Counted from the stretch's first letter, positions 11,108-24,900 are shown. The stretch is DNA of 64,000 bases from Octopus sinensis (GCF_006345805.1 NC_043011.1:24750464-24814463), one strand, 5' to 3'. Numbers and translations: made by a program. The notes: a model not told the origin generated them from the sequence alone.

Positions 11108-12068
11108 TTTGTGTGGAGTAAAGCTAATTGAACTGGTAACAAGCCTTGATAAGAAAGCAAAAAATTCTGTTATGTTCAACAACCAAGGACCAGATAGTGG
11201 TGTTAAAGTGGATAACAGATTAAGTTTGCCACAAAAGTAGGCCATGGTAGGATTTGATCTTAGAGCATGAAGAGCCAAAACAAATTACTGCAAGGCTGAT
11301 GCTTTAATAACTCCACCAATTTACTGCTCCAGACTGGTACATTATTTAGTAAACCCAAAAGAACAAAAAGGTATGGTTGACTTTGGCAGAATTTGAAATC
11401 AGAACATAAGAAGCTGAAATAAATAGCGTCAAGCATTTTCATCCAATGGCTGCTTGGAATACTAGAAATATAGACCAAAAACTGACATTAATTTATTAAG
11501 TAGCATAAACCCTTTTAAAACAGGCAAGAATAAACATATATTATGATAACAGCTTTTCCCAAAAAATATCAGAATGCAGGGAAAATGGATGTCAATTTGG
11601 GTCAGCGTCTATTAAGATTTAAAGATTGCTTTTCTTATTTTTCTGTTTAATATGCATAAAAGTAGAAACAAATATATTAAGCTTCAAAATATTTTCTTGA
11701 ATTAAAAAAAATTTTTTTCCTTTTTCTTCTCTTCTGGAAAATGTTATCTCATTTGTGAGAAACAAAATTTAAATGTCTAATAATGTCAAGGCTAGTAATC
11801 TGAAGAAAATGTAAAGATCAGACTTTTAAAATAAGCACAAGCATCATAGCATTTTATTTGTATATTTGTACGTTTGTAGTTTTTGAAGAAATTTGTTTAT
11901 ACAATTGTCTTCAGTACAGAATTACAACAACGCTCCAAGACACATCAAGCTAAGTAAAATCGTGACCATCCATACAAACAGGCATGTTTTTTTATGGCCA
12001 TGCCCCCCACTCCCTATCCCAGCTGAAAGGTCTTTGTCTTGCAGGTGCTGGTGTCATGTAAGTGTGTC

Positions 12069-12263
12069 TGTGCCGTTAGCACATAAAAAGTACCCAGCAC
12101 ACACTGTAAAGTGGTTGGTGTTAGGAAGGGTATCCAGCTGTAGAAACCATGCCAACACAGACAACTGAGGACTGGACATCTCACTGGCTGACCAGCTCCT
12201 GTCAAACTGCCCAACCCATGCCAACAGAAAACATGTGTTAAATGACAATGATGATGAAGATGA
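12069..12263 (+). mobile_element. Meta-domain-like SINE
   Basis: GTGGTTGGTGTTAGGAAGGGTATCCAGCTGTAGAAAC core. Other copies: 28297-28485(-), 42843-42990(-), 50085-50270(-), 59525-59600(-). Confidence 0.78.
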
Positions 12264-12324
12264 ATCCTTCACAACAAGAACCTACTAATTCCTGATATGG
12301 TTGCGCAAAGTGCTTGAAACAGTA

Positions 12325-12467
12325 GCTTCAAGATTTCAATGACATGATTGTTTCTTTTTATAATGAAATTGTAGGGAAAGTGTGAGAGGCCAGATCTCAC
12401 CAGTTTGAACATAAAACAAGTAAAATATTTGGGTTGGATATGGGTGGTTTAAATTCTAAAGGGTTAA
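12325..12467 (+). mobile_element. Same TTAA MITE family, 5'-truncated copy
   Basis: Ends ...TTTAAATTCTAAAGGG-TTAA and shares the body GTGTGAGAGGCCAGATCT..CAGTTTGAACATAAAAC. Confidence 0.7.
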
Positions 12468-14456
12468 TCAAAGCAATCAATCCCAATACTTATTTCCATT
12501 TAAGTCTGGTATTTACTTTATTGGTCTCTTTTGCTAAGCTGCAAAATGTAAACAAACCAACACCAGTTGTCGAGTAATACAAATGGAGAAACAGACACAC
12601 ACACATGAATACAACAGGATTCAACAGTTTCCATTTATCGCTCAAAAGGCATTGGTCAACCCAGGGATATAGTGGAATGCACCTGCCTAAGGTGCCATGC
12701 AATGGGACTGAACTTGAAACTGGTTTGATTGCAAAGCAGGTTTCTTAATGAAACAGTTATACCTGTGCCTATTAAAAAAAAATATATATAAACAATTCAG
12801 AATTGTTTTTAGTATCAAATGTAAAATTTATTTGATACATTGTTTGAACAGCTGGCAAATAGAAAAACACTCAACTGAGTGAGCACTTCTCTTGAATAAG
12901 TCCTTCAAATAAATATACAGACTGAACATACATTTAGCAACAGGTTTTCAAGCACTGATTGGAATAAGAGTGGCAAATTTCTATAGTAACACAGAAAGAA
13001 CGCCTGCAAATGCACGAAGTCAATCTCCGCTGAGCTCCATCCTAATCCCATTTTCTCTTTAGGATTGAAAGTTTCCTTTCTAATCAGTACAGTGTGCATT
13101 GCTGGGTCTCTCTCCCCACCTCCCTCTCTCTTTCACACACATTTTATCAACTTCTGATGTACTCTAAGGCTTTGTAATGTTTCCCCACACACTTCCTTCT
13201 CTATACTGGTTTCAAATCTTGGCACAAGGTCAGCAATTTGGGGGGAGGGGGTAAGTCAGTTATGTCAACTCCTAGTACTTATTTTATCAACCCAAAAAGG
13301 ATGAAAGGCAAAGTTGACCTCAATGGAATTTGAACTCAGAATGTAAAGACAGACAAAATGTCATTTAGCATTTTGCCCAACACACCGTTTCTTCCAGTTC
13401 ACCACCTTACTACCTTCTCTATATTAACGACGAAACATTATTATAATACTTTATTATTACTTAAGACTTTTATGCAAATGAAGCCATCCTTACATCTCAA
13501 CATTCCACACACAAAAGTATCATCCACAAACAACCTTTATCTATCATATCAGAAATACCCTAATTCCATGTTTAAAGAAGACCCTAAAAACATCCTTTAT
13601 TGGTTACATAATCTCTTTCAACAGTATCAAGACACAAATACTATACTTATCATAAGAAAACAAGTCTAGTCCCTCCCTACACTAAAACAAAACAGAAAAG
13701 GCTTAAATTTGCTCCAAATGCCAGATTTCACAATCTGTTCCTTTGTAACAATCTTCTACATATATACAATGGGTCTCCAAGTGTCAATGATCTTTGATCA
13801 ACTGGATTACCTGCCCATTGAATCAACAGACCAATAGCCAAGAATTCTACAGAGCCATCTAATCAAAGTATTCCATTCAAGGGGTTTTTTTTTAACAATA
13901 TTCTACACAATATTATTTACATTTGTCAACTTCAACTTCCGCCACTTAAAAAATTATTTATTTACATTTGCTTTTTATTATAATCAAATACCAACATATA
14001 TGGATGATTTGTGAACAGCAGTAACAAAGTGATCAGTATTTTATTTGAAATTTACATTGTAATGTTTCTTGTTCTAAATTTTTTGTTTGTTATTTAAATG
14101 TACTAATAATATGAATTTGTTTTTTTATCTTATTTCAGTTAGCTTTTTTAATCCTGGTACTTATTCTATTGGTCTTCTTTGTTGATCCACAAAGTTACAG
14201 AAATATAAACACACCAAATCTGTTTGTCAAGTAGTGGAGGGGGGGGGGCAGAACAATTAGACACACACAAGGCAGCTTTCATCTAAATATCAAATTTTCG
14301 CCGTCAGTAATTTTTTGATTAAAACAATCTGGACTTTTTAACAAGTATGGAAAGGAGAAATTTGTTAATTACCACTTAGTGAAAGAGGGTACTGTGCCAC
14401 AATAGGCTGGCCAGCTCTCCCCAGACAGGTCCCTACTTGAGACACTCATCCCTCAG

Positions 14457-14681
14457 CCTTTAGCATTCAGATTACTCCAGTACATGTAATGCTTATTCAT
14501 TCAAATTACTTTGAATTAATCATGCATTATCTCATTGCTTTCAGATTTCAAGGATGTGATTGCTTACTTTTAGAATGACACTGCAGGGTAGTTGTGAAAG
14601 GCCTGATCTGTTTAGGTCTGAACATAAAAAAAGGCAGAATATTTGGGCCTGATATGGCTGGTCTGAATGCTAGAGGGTTAA
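14457..14681 (+). mobile_element. Same TTAA MITE family, near-full copy
   Basis: CCTTAGCATTCAGATTAC...GAATGCTAGAGGG-TTAA. Confidence 0.72.
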
Positions 14682-15054
14682 ACCCTTTGCCAAACCAATC
14701 CCCCTCAAAATTCAGCCTTCTACTGCTTTTGTTTCCCAGCCAACCTTTCTCTGACACAGTGAACAAAGTTTTATAAGCAATGAATTTGAAAAAGATGAGT
14801 TTTAAAACATTTTGATAGAAAAGAATTTCCATTTCTTAGATGAGACTACTTTTCTTGTAAGATATAAATCTTTTCTCTGAATGTACATCCCATCAAACAA
14901 GAACAGCTGCATGCTTCTAAGAGCTTACAATTTATTTTTAAAACAAATGTTTACTTCTCATTTTCAGATCTACCCTTGACTTTGCCAACACACACATATT
15001 TTAGATATACTTGTTTCTTTGCCAATGTACAAACAGGTTTGCTCAACTAACAAA

Positions 15055-15222
15055 AAATGGCAACCAAATCTCCCTCAAATAACATCCTACCAAATAAAAA
15101 AAAAAAAAACGGGATACAGTGGATAATATAGCCTTATATACCCGTAAAAAGACGGGATGGTCACTGTTGGAATACCTTTCATCAAAGATTTCTTTGATTA
15201 GAGATGACCCAGGATAAAACAT
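15055..15222. repeat. Unclassified dispersed repeat (family Y)
   Basis: Recurring motifs GAAATAGCAGCCAAATCTCCC and GACCTATGATCAAAG. Also near 555, 1990, 7905-8092, 9870-10030, 18181, 28985, 44020, 44995, 51800-51965 and 60465. Confidence 0.5.
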
Positions 15223-18200
15223 CTGCAGCAGTCCTTGCTAAGACAAACACATTTTATATTTGTGTCTTGCTAACTTGCAAACACAATAATATTCCAAAAA
15301 TAATGCTATGTATATAAGTATGAGACGGGAGAAGCAATATCAATCAGCAAGAGTTAACCAGCTAAGAAAAAATTTTCTCACCCCAATGAGGACTTCTTCC
15401 TTTACCCACATCACTCATTCTAACTGTACTTTTCACCCCACATCGTTAAATATGGGATTATTATTATTATCCTTATTATTATTTCATACTTCTACTCCCC
15501 TATCAACCACTGTCTTCTCAAGCACCCCATCAACGCTCTACATGCTTCTGCTTCTGAACATGTAAAAGAATGAGATAAATTGAAAGATAACAGGAATTTA
15601 GCTCTATCTGAAACAAAACTAGGATATGGGGGCAAGGAATGGGAACGGTTGCAGAAGACTCGTGGGAATTATAGCCTTTGAAACAATCTGTGACAGAAAA
15701 AAAAAAAAAACTGAAGTGTTACTACATAGAATGGGGCGATCAAACATACTGCGCCAATAAAGCATTTACATGGGAAACTATTTCAGGGCCCTAACTTTCC
15801 CCAATTCATTGCTAAGTTTCAGAATTCCAGAGGCGAGTGAGGACCGACAACTACACAGCATGCTGATTGATTTCGAAATAATTCAGGGTACAGTCTAAAA
15901 AATAACTATTTGAGTAAAAGCAAATTTTACTCAATGAATTATATCTGTATAATTACTTGAATTACTGTTAATTAGCTTCATATAAACAATTATGTTTGGG
16001 AAGTTATCTTGCATATGTTTCACACCCATTTAAAGTTTTAATTCTATATGGAGCTCATATTTAGAATTTACTGTTGTTTAGCCCGAGGTTTGCCGTTACT
16101 TAAAACCATATTTCTCACAAGGACATGTCCTCCTGAAGGAGGGGCTGCGAGGATTGAAAAGGGAACAGGCAAATTGACAGTTTTACTAAAATCAAGGTAG
16201 TCTTGATTTTAGTCCATCACCATATTGGGGAAAGAAAAAAATAATTGTACAGATGTAAAATATGTTGTCTTCACATTAATAAAGTTGGGTCGGGACCCAA
16301 ACAATTACCCTATTTTCTGGAGGAAGGGAGTTAGCTGATATTTGTCAGTTTGAGAACTATTTGAAAGGTGTTGCAGCCAAGACCACTACACCTTGATGAC
16401 AGACCAAAATATCTTTCTTCAAGAAGAAAGAGTGTGACTTGAAGGAGAGTTAGTTATTTTTGAGCATGTCAAGCTCTCTCTCTCCACCCCCTTGACTCGC
16501 ATGAATATGCATATTTAGATATAATGTGTCCCATTTCCAGCGATCAAAGTTCTTTAACCTTCAGCCTATGTAAAACGTCAGTGCTACCTAACAAAAGAAA
16601 TGTTTAACATCTAATATAACTGTAAAATCTTTTAAATTATCAGTAAACTGCTTTAATAGCCATCATTTTCATTTTACACCTGCTTTTTTCATGTTGGCAT
16701 GTGATAGAATTATATGCTAACAATTCTACCAGCTCATCTCCTGATCCCTGCTATGTAATAAGGCAATTAGTGATTTATCTCATAAAATTTACAATATTAT
16801 CCCATACAATGTGCTAAATAAGGGAGTTTCTGGAAGAGTGTCATAACCTCAAATAAAAGATGTGAAACTTCAACTCCCTGCTCTTCAGCTGAGAGTAAAG
16901 AAGGAAGGACACAAGCACACTAATTGTACTTATCAAACTACACGCTCTGTAGACTAATTGTTGCCAGTAGAAACCAACACTAGATTCCATGTATTTCAGA
17001 TTTTATTCTCACAAAAAAAAAAAAAAGAAAGTCTGATCTTTTTAATTTTAGTGATCTTAGCTTACGCTTATTTCATAAAAAAAAAAGTTTCAAGTCTTCA
17101 TGAAAAGACTTGTGGTCTCTGGTTTTAGCTCTGGTATGTATACTGGAGTTAATTGGAAGTGATACATCCTGGGATAGGATGCTAGCCCATTGCAGGTAGT
17201 ATTCCCCAGGTAGTTTGGTTCTTATTCTTAACTTAAAGAAACTCAAGTGCAAAAATGCATCCATAAAAGTGGTTCCTAATATGGAACTGAATCACAAATC
17301 TGAACCAATTACCTCTGTAAGCAGGGCTACATTATAATAAAAAGCTTCATATACTGAAGATGTTAAAGAGAGTCATCTCTTACTATAATTGTTTCTGTAA
17401 TGGGATTTATACATTTTTGCATATTTCAATTACAATATTTGATGGTTTTATAAATTACAAATCCCATAAATATAAATAAAATTCATCATTAAATATAATT
17501 TTATAATAAATATAGCATTAACAAATTAGTATGCAAATACATAATAGAATATTATATTTATGAAAAATAATAACCAGAAGTCTTATAATGTAGTTAAAGG
17601 GCTCTGAATTTGTAACCATTAAATTTAACACAGCTGTCATTCTGTGAACACTAGTTATTTCTATGATAATCTAATTGGGTTAACACAATCTCCCATGTAA
17701 TTTATTACATTATGCATCAATGAAATATAGATCCCATCCTATAGCCAATATTTCAATCATATAGTTGTATTTTTTTTTTCAAGTGGCTTCCAGTACCTTA
17801 ATAGTGTATATAGCCACAGAGGCATATCAGGATATTAAAAGTGATGGCTTGAGTTTGAAAAGACAAAGTGATTATCAGAAAGTGTCAGTTAAATAAAAAG
17901 AAGCGCAAAAACGGAGAAATGCTGATGTATTTGAAGAAACAGTTAATGCTTAAAAGGCAGGGCTGAGTGAGAATGGGAATCCTTCAAAGAAGAGTCTTAT
18001 CTGAAACTTTTTTTTATTTCCTTATCACATTAATATCTCAATTTCTTTTCTGTTTTCTTAACAATGCAGTGAAGTTTTGAACCTATTATCTAAGCTGAAA
18101 ATATATTAACTAGGACCAAGAGATAAGGTGGTTTTTTCGTTTACGTTTTTACAAGTACCAAGCAAAAATGTACCTACTGCATAGGTCTGCTTGATCAGGG

Positions 18201-20264
18201 TCGACCTGGGATAGTAGACAAACACTACCCAATGCTTACATTAAACATGTAAATTTGCATAACTATACAACCCTTGAGAGAAAAAGGACCAGCGGAAAAG
18301 GAAAATATAGAATACTTAAACTGCAGAGAGAGGAAAAAATCTGCTGTGTCTTAGGGGCGTTTTTTTCTCTCTCATTCTCTCCACTTTTTTTTTTTAATAC
18401 GGACTTTAATATTTTTTTGTCAATTGTATTTAAATTTAAAACCTCAAAATATTCCCAACTATTGTCAACGAACCTTGGGTTCCTCAAATTAATAAAATCT
18501 AGGTCTTCCAAAAATAAAATAGTAAAAAAAAAATTTTGTCTCTACCACCTCTTAATTATTAAAACCAACTTTTCATTCATATAATTCTTTAAAACTCAAT
18601 TTTACAAACTATGGTACTTTCTCTGCTGCTCAACGCCTTCTCCCTTAGGACAACCATTACTCTTGTGTCACATCATATCGTTTGGAATAGCATCTCTATG
18701 AAGAACACTAAGTATAATGATGGAAAATTGGCTTGTATCGATTTCGAGAATATATACTGATAAACTGGTGTGTGTGTGAGCATTGTGCGTGCGTGCGTGT
18801 GTGAGAGAGCATGTGTGTGTGCGTGTGTGCGCGCATACACACACACATTCTCATTTAAGCCAGATAATTCGGAGAATAAGACATGAAAATCAAAAATCTA
18901 GTTCTCTATAGCAAGGATGAATATTAAAAAAAAACATCAATATATCCCAAATGCAATCAGCGTAAGAGAAAACTGAGCAGAGACACATATACTATTCCTG
19001 GAAGAGAGAGAGTGATCGATGGCACCATGAAATGGCAGGTGTTCCTGTCATGGTATTGTGTCGATCGATAACTGCTTTGAAAACGAAGATTAAAAATTAA
19101 AAACAAAAAAAAAAGTCTTGTACTGAAAAGAAAGATTAATGCAATTGGGGGAAAAAAAAACAGAATGGGAGAAGATTAAATTCTACTAGTGTAGAATGAC
19201 AGAATAACAGCGTTGATTCTCCTCCAGTTTCTTCAGTTAATCAATAGGCCGGACTAATATATGAACAAATTCTTCGAGGAATAACTGAATATTTAGCAAC
19301 CTATTTATAAGTAAATAGCTAGGGAGAAAATACCAAGGGACACCTGCTGTATGAAAACTTATAAATAATGTGGAAGTTTTAATTACATGTTTAGTGAAAG
19401 TTAATTCTGGCAGGGTGATTACGACTATCCTTTAAATTTCAGTGGGTTTGGTTTTTAAAAGTACGGTGTAAATCCTGGCGTGTTTCGGTCTTATTCGACC
19501 TCATCAGCGAAGCAGAGTCTAACTGTTTAAGCACATTTTTAACTTACTACAAAAGTATACAGGAATTTAGTGAATTACTACAGTGTGGGGTTATAAATTT
19601 AAAAAGGTGATAGGCCCCGATGACTGGGAATATATAACTAGGGTTTATTTGAAGATAATATTCCTTATATAAATATAAAAATAATTTAAAACTTTATTTT
19701 AAATCAATTGTTGTAACTAATAAAGATTTACAAAAATGAAAGTTAAATGTAATATAGACCCATAATTTTATGTACGAGTGTGCATATATACATATATATT
19801 TACACACACAAATCATAAGCGTCGGTTTGATTTTCTTTTTGTTTCTAGAAGTACAGGTAAATTCAGTTTCATTTTTATAAAAAAATGGATCATTCGGAAA
19901 AATCGTAATGTATTCAAGAGTACGAATGAGAGAAAAAGCATTGATTATAAGGAAAACGAAAACAGCGCAAAATAAGACGTAAAGTTAGAATAATAATGAC
20001 GTCGGTACAAAATGCAATTAGATGCGACAATCAGATCATAAATACCCGATTTATCACAGCCACTATCAAAACAATGTAAATTTTACCAAAATATAGAATG
20101 AACAGATCTCGTAGAGTATTGTTTAATTTCCTTTCATTCATCAAACGAAATAGATGTAGAAAAGAATGAAGAAGATAATGTTAGTTTCAATAATCACAAA
20201 TGTGAAGAAGGTACTATTGGGAAAGAGATACACTAAAAAGTATAAATATAATTGGGTGTCTTAC

Positions 20265-20351
20265 AAAATTCTTGCTCTTGAAATAAGAAACACAAGTGGA
20301 GCCGAGCGCACCTTTGCCTCCGTAAACGAGAATACGACCTTGCACTGCCAT
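20265..20351 (-). CDS. QDPR: Dihydropteridine reductase, coding exon 1 (MAVQGRILVYGGKGALGSTCVSYFKSKNF)
   Basis: ATG at 20351, 87 nt, phase-0 GTAAG donor at 20264. The Rossmann GGxGALG motif matches the QDPR N-terminus and the exon joins in frame to the one at 3739. Confidence 0.96.
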
Positions 20352-20816
20352 GGTTTATGTTACAATGACACACGAGATGCTACAACCGGAAGTGACCTCC
20401 CAGTAAACAGCAGGAGTAGCAACCGCTAATGGAAGCGTCAGTATTACCAGTTGTCGTCACTAGGACAGATAATGATTTTTTTTTTCAAAGTAATTAGAAA
20501 AACACCAAATTAATTGAATTTTTTATGGAAATATTGCATAAAAAGATAAAATATGCTAAAAATTGCTAAAAAGCATTACTGAAAGAATCAGTGCTTCAAA
20601 TCACACTGTTACCAAACAAGACGAGATATTCTCGTGACGTCACCATGGCCTCGACTTTTCCAAAATTCCTACTGGGAATTTTGAAGCAGACGTACCTGTA
20701 AAAAGAAGTCATAATTACAGCAGAAGACAGAACTTGCTATACATGAGTATAATCTTCCATATCAGTTCACGTTTTCGGAATATTTACTCGCCACTCTCGC
20801 GGTCCGTTCAGCTATA
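20352..20816. promoter_or_regulatory. Shared bidirectional promoter/5'UTR interval between QDPR and KCMF1
   Basis: 465 bp between divergent ATGs, CpG-retaining in an AT-rich background. Contains ACCGGAAGTG (ETS/GABP-type, 20385-20394) and palindromic GTGACGTCAC (CRE, 20634-20643). Confidence 0.8.
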
Positions 20817-20832
20817 ATGTCTCGCCATGAGG
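20817..20832 (+). CDS. KCMF1: E3 ubiquitin ligase KCMF1, coding exon 1 (MSRHE-G)
   Basis: ATG TCT CGC CAT GAG G followed by a GTGAGT donor. MSRHEG is the conserved KCMF1 N-terminus and splices in phase 1 to 32404. Confidence 0.93.
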
Positions 20833-20853
20833 GTGAGTGCATCGTAAAATTTT

Positions 20854-21037
20854 CAAGATGGCTCCGTTCTGCTTTGAAGATGTTGTTTGATAATACAATG
20901 TGCGCAGTGCGCGTTCTACTCTCTCAGAGTAGAATGTCTTTTAAATACACTTCTATGTTAATCTGAATTATTTTTCCTTCTGTTTGGTGTCATATTTTAA
21001 CGTATTTTAATCTGAAATTCTACTACATCCCGGAAGT
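20854..21037 (+). promoter_or_regulatory. Promoter-proximal motifs in KCMF1 intron 1 (YY1-like, NRF1-like, ETS)
   Basis: CAAGATGGC at 20854-20862, TGCGCAGTGCGC at 20901-20912 and CCGGAAGT at 21030-21037. Motif matches only. Confidence 0.45.
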
Positions 21038-21903
21038 AAAGGGTGAAAAAAAATTGTATACCATGTCTATGACCAGTTATAACTATCTAGTTCGGAAATG
21101 TATTTTCTCTAGCTTTCGTTGCTTAAATAAGATTCTTGTAGTTTGTCGATCGTTGAATGATAATCTAGACGACTAGTTGAAAGAGTTTGCTTTTAAAATT
21201 AGAATAGAATCAGTAATGTTCTGTTTTTAAAGCGTTTGGAAAGTATGTCCTAATGCCGCTTGTCCCCCTCATATATATATATGTATAGTATATATATATT
21301 AACTGTAGTTAAATGCATTTATGCTATCTATACACAATATTACGTACTTTATCAGCAAACTAGAGAGCTTTTAAAAGATTTATTTTTGCCTTATCCTTTT
21401 TAAAAGAAAAGAATTAACTTTACTAGAAATCATCATTGATTTCGTAAACATACATATTTCAAAATAGCGAAAGATCATTTCACATACTTAAAAAAAAAAC
21501 GCCCATAAAATACTTGTATCGATAAGTATACTATGAATATATATATTTTACGTGTGTGAGTGTATATATGCTTAATATATAAATATATAATGCGTGTGTG
21601 TAAAAATTATCTATATAAAATTTACCTAGCTAATTGTATGTCCCAACATCTTATTTTTGTGTCGTTTCTTATGTCCCTGCATATTAAAATTTTACCCGCA
21701 CCTAGATATATCGACCATGAAATCTCAAACTTGATATTTGCAAGTACATGTCTTTAACAGGGTCGATTTTTATCATATAATTTATTTTACAGTTTCTATT
21801 TAATGATGATTTTTTTTTCTTGTGCGGTTTATTTTCCAATAACCCAATAGATGATAAAAATGTGTGTTTAGACTTGTCTGATACAAGCTGGCCATTAGTT
21901 TGA

Positions 21904-21934
<31 letters not shown>

Positions 21935-24900
21935 CGTTTTGAGGTACAAAATGAGAGAAAGAGTACTCGATGCATGTAGAGTTTTAAAGCTGATGATTCA
22001 CTGAATATATATATATATATACTTATATTGCACATACACATACAGATGTATTAATGTTTGCGTGTGTACATAATGCGTCATACGCTTTCTTTCGGTTTAA
22101 AACTGTTTAAATAATATTATCGTCCTTTGAATGTTCGGTATAAATTGTGTATTCTTTTTGTTGCAGATATCCGAAAGCTAAGCTATAGCATAAAACGTAA
22201 AACAAGAGAACCATTTTTAAAAAAAATTTATTTGTAATATCCTCTTTCTAATATATTGTTAAAATTCTTCAGTTGTCCAAACACCTTCTGAGTTAGTCAG
22301 TGTCATTATACACTTTTGTGTTTATTGTTTACCATATGATCAACTAAGCAAAATTACTTTAGGAAGTAGCAATTGTAAAAGTCAGGATTTTTTGTTTGTT
22401 TTTCTTTTTAAATTTATTATTGTTGTTGTTATGACTGTGCATGTGACTAAAATAGACTGTTTGACTGAGTGTCGTTTATTTAGGTACTCTTAGTATAAAT
22501 GAATTAAAGTGATATATCTGACATTAAAATATTGTTTCAAATACTGATTTGCTTTGGGAAAGTATTCTACCTATTTTTAGTATTGATGTGACGATCTGTT
22601 TTTGTCGTTTTACTAAGCAGTCAGGCCCTATTGTTTAGTTAATTATTCTATTTATATAAAACTATATGTTATGGTCACTTAACTAGGAATAGTTAATTCG
22701 GCACTTATTTTGTTACATAAGAAAATGTTTGAGAATTTAATCATCTAGATAACACCCACATACTGTACTATTTTCAGCTATGGTTGATATATGAATTACA
22801 ATATAAACGGTTTTAGATTAAAATGTTTAGGAAAAGTCAGTAATGAAATGTAATACTGAATAGTGTTAAGGATTTCAAAATGATTAGTGTTTTTTTTTTT
22901 CTCCTTTTCACTTTCTTCCTATTCGTTTAATTTTGCTCTATAATCGTTAACATGTTAACACTTTACATACAGAAAGAGTTATTTGTGTAGAATCCAGAAT
23001 AATAATCTCAAGTTGTTTCTTGTTATTCTCAATGTAATATTTTAAGCTAAAAAGACCGTATAATTTGTATAAATTAACATCGATGTTTAACATTCTGCTG
23101 GTGTCTGTTTAAACTGTCTTCCAGAATTTTCTTTTGTGCGTTGAACTGTTTTATTTTCTAAGTTATTGCGAAAAAATATGTAAACCTCACTAAATCAAAT
23201 GTTGCATGAGAAAGTAAAAACTTCCACTCATTGAATTCATTCATTATGCAGCAGCATTTGTCCAGTTCATATTTGTCATTTTTTCTCTCGTCCTTCATGT
23301 TGTGATATAGTAGCTTGGTTTCGGATCTTTAGTATTCACTTAATTATTATAATTATTCGTCCCCTTTTTTTTTTTTTCTTGTTGCTTTGGGAGAGTTGTG
23401 TCTTGGGTAATAACCTCCGACATTGACTTTGTTTTTCCTCCTTCGATAAAATTTGAATCAGTAGTTTATACTAAGATCAGTTGAATTGACTTACCCACAC
23501 TAGTACAAAGAATTGACCTTGTGCCAGCTCAATAAAATCGTTATACTCAATTTTTCGGAATTTTGTCGCCTCAATTTTCCGTGAACATGTCAGCTTAGTT
23601 CTTTGCGTCTTCAAAATACTGGTTGAAATAAATTAAAGATTACCTGTAAGCAATTTACATAGGCACGCAATCCAACTTACCAGATAACTGGATTTTAGCA
23701 AAGTTGGTTGAGCCACAGTATTATTATGACTTTCTCAGGGAAATCATGTTCTCAGCTCTCATTAAATATGCTAACTATATGTTTGCTAAGTTCTCAGCAG
23801 ATTTAATTGAAATTCACCTTCAGAATGTTTAATATAAATAGCATTGATATATCACAGAAATTTTTAATTAAAACAAGGTATTGAGAGGATCATTTTTGAG
23901 AGTACATTAGATAAATGTAATGCTGAAATTAATGAAGCTATGAATATTGATTACACTCATTGGAATGGGATAAAATTCCAAAAGAGGTCTCTGAGTGGGT
24001 GGAAATAGTATTGCACAACTTGTTGCTCATATTGCTGTGTATCTACAAAACTGAAAGTGTCAGCTTTCCAAGTGCAGTTTAGATGAACTAATTGGATTTA
24101 TCCCTTAGTTCATAATGAAATCAAAAGATTTTAAAGATTTATTTTAAAGCTCTTTACAAATTACATATTTTGTGTGTGTATTGCTTTCCAGTGCACAATT
24201 CAAGAAAGAGAAATTGGTATTGCAAAATTCTTGTGTAAAAATAACTAAATCAGATTTATGTGGAGATTTCACGGGAAAATAAAACACATAATACAAAAAA
24301 TATATTTAGCATTTTGTGTTTGTAATAAATTTTAGGTTTTAAAATCTGATTATTAGTAAAATTTCAATTTTGAGTCCTTCAATGAAAGTGTTTTACCACA
24401 AGTTTGAAATGGGAGGGTTATAATCTGCCCTCAAATTTCAAACTTAAGATGTAATAACAGGAATATATTTTGGAAATATACAAATTATCATTGTGATATT
24501 TTTTGTTTTTAAATTCAAAAAGTTCTCTCTCTTTCTGTAGGGAATTACCTTCAGATGACATCAAGAAACAGCTCTACAAATGCCTTTGTCATTTTAGTTG
24601 AATTAAAAAAGTGCAATATTGAAAACTTGTAGGCAATTAGCCAACAATGCTTTTTCCATTTCATGTTATTTTCCTATGCTTACATATTTTTGACAAGTTT
24701 TCCTAACTTTCAAAAGCCATATTAACTGTACAATGTGGTATTATGTAATGGAGCATTGTTCTAAAGTCTGTACAGACCAGTGAATTGTATTTTCTTGAAT
24801 TCGTCATGATTTTAGAATTTTTTTTTTAATCAGTAAAAAAAATAAATGAAAGTGGCAATTCCCATCAACTTATTTTTAACAACTGTTCACTAGTGATTTA

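Noticed and set aside
15780-15900. LIDFE-like reverse-transcriptase remnant
   Set aside because: The similarity is limited to a few residues and is not distinguishable from chance. The 51978-52265 ORF was rejected on the same grounds.
20166-20429. 87-aa plus-strand ORF
   Set aside because: It is the antisense shadow of QDPR exon 1 with no independent support.
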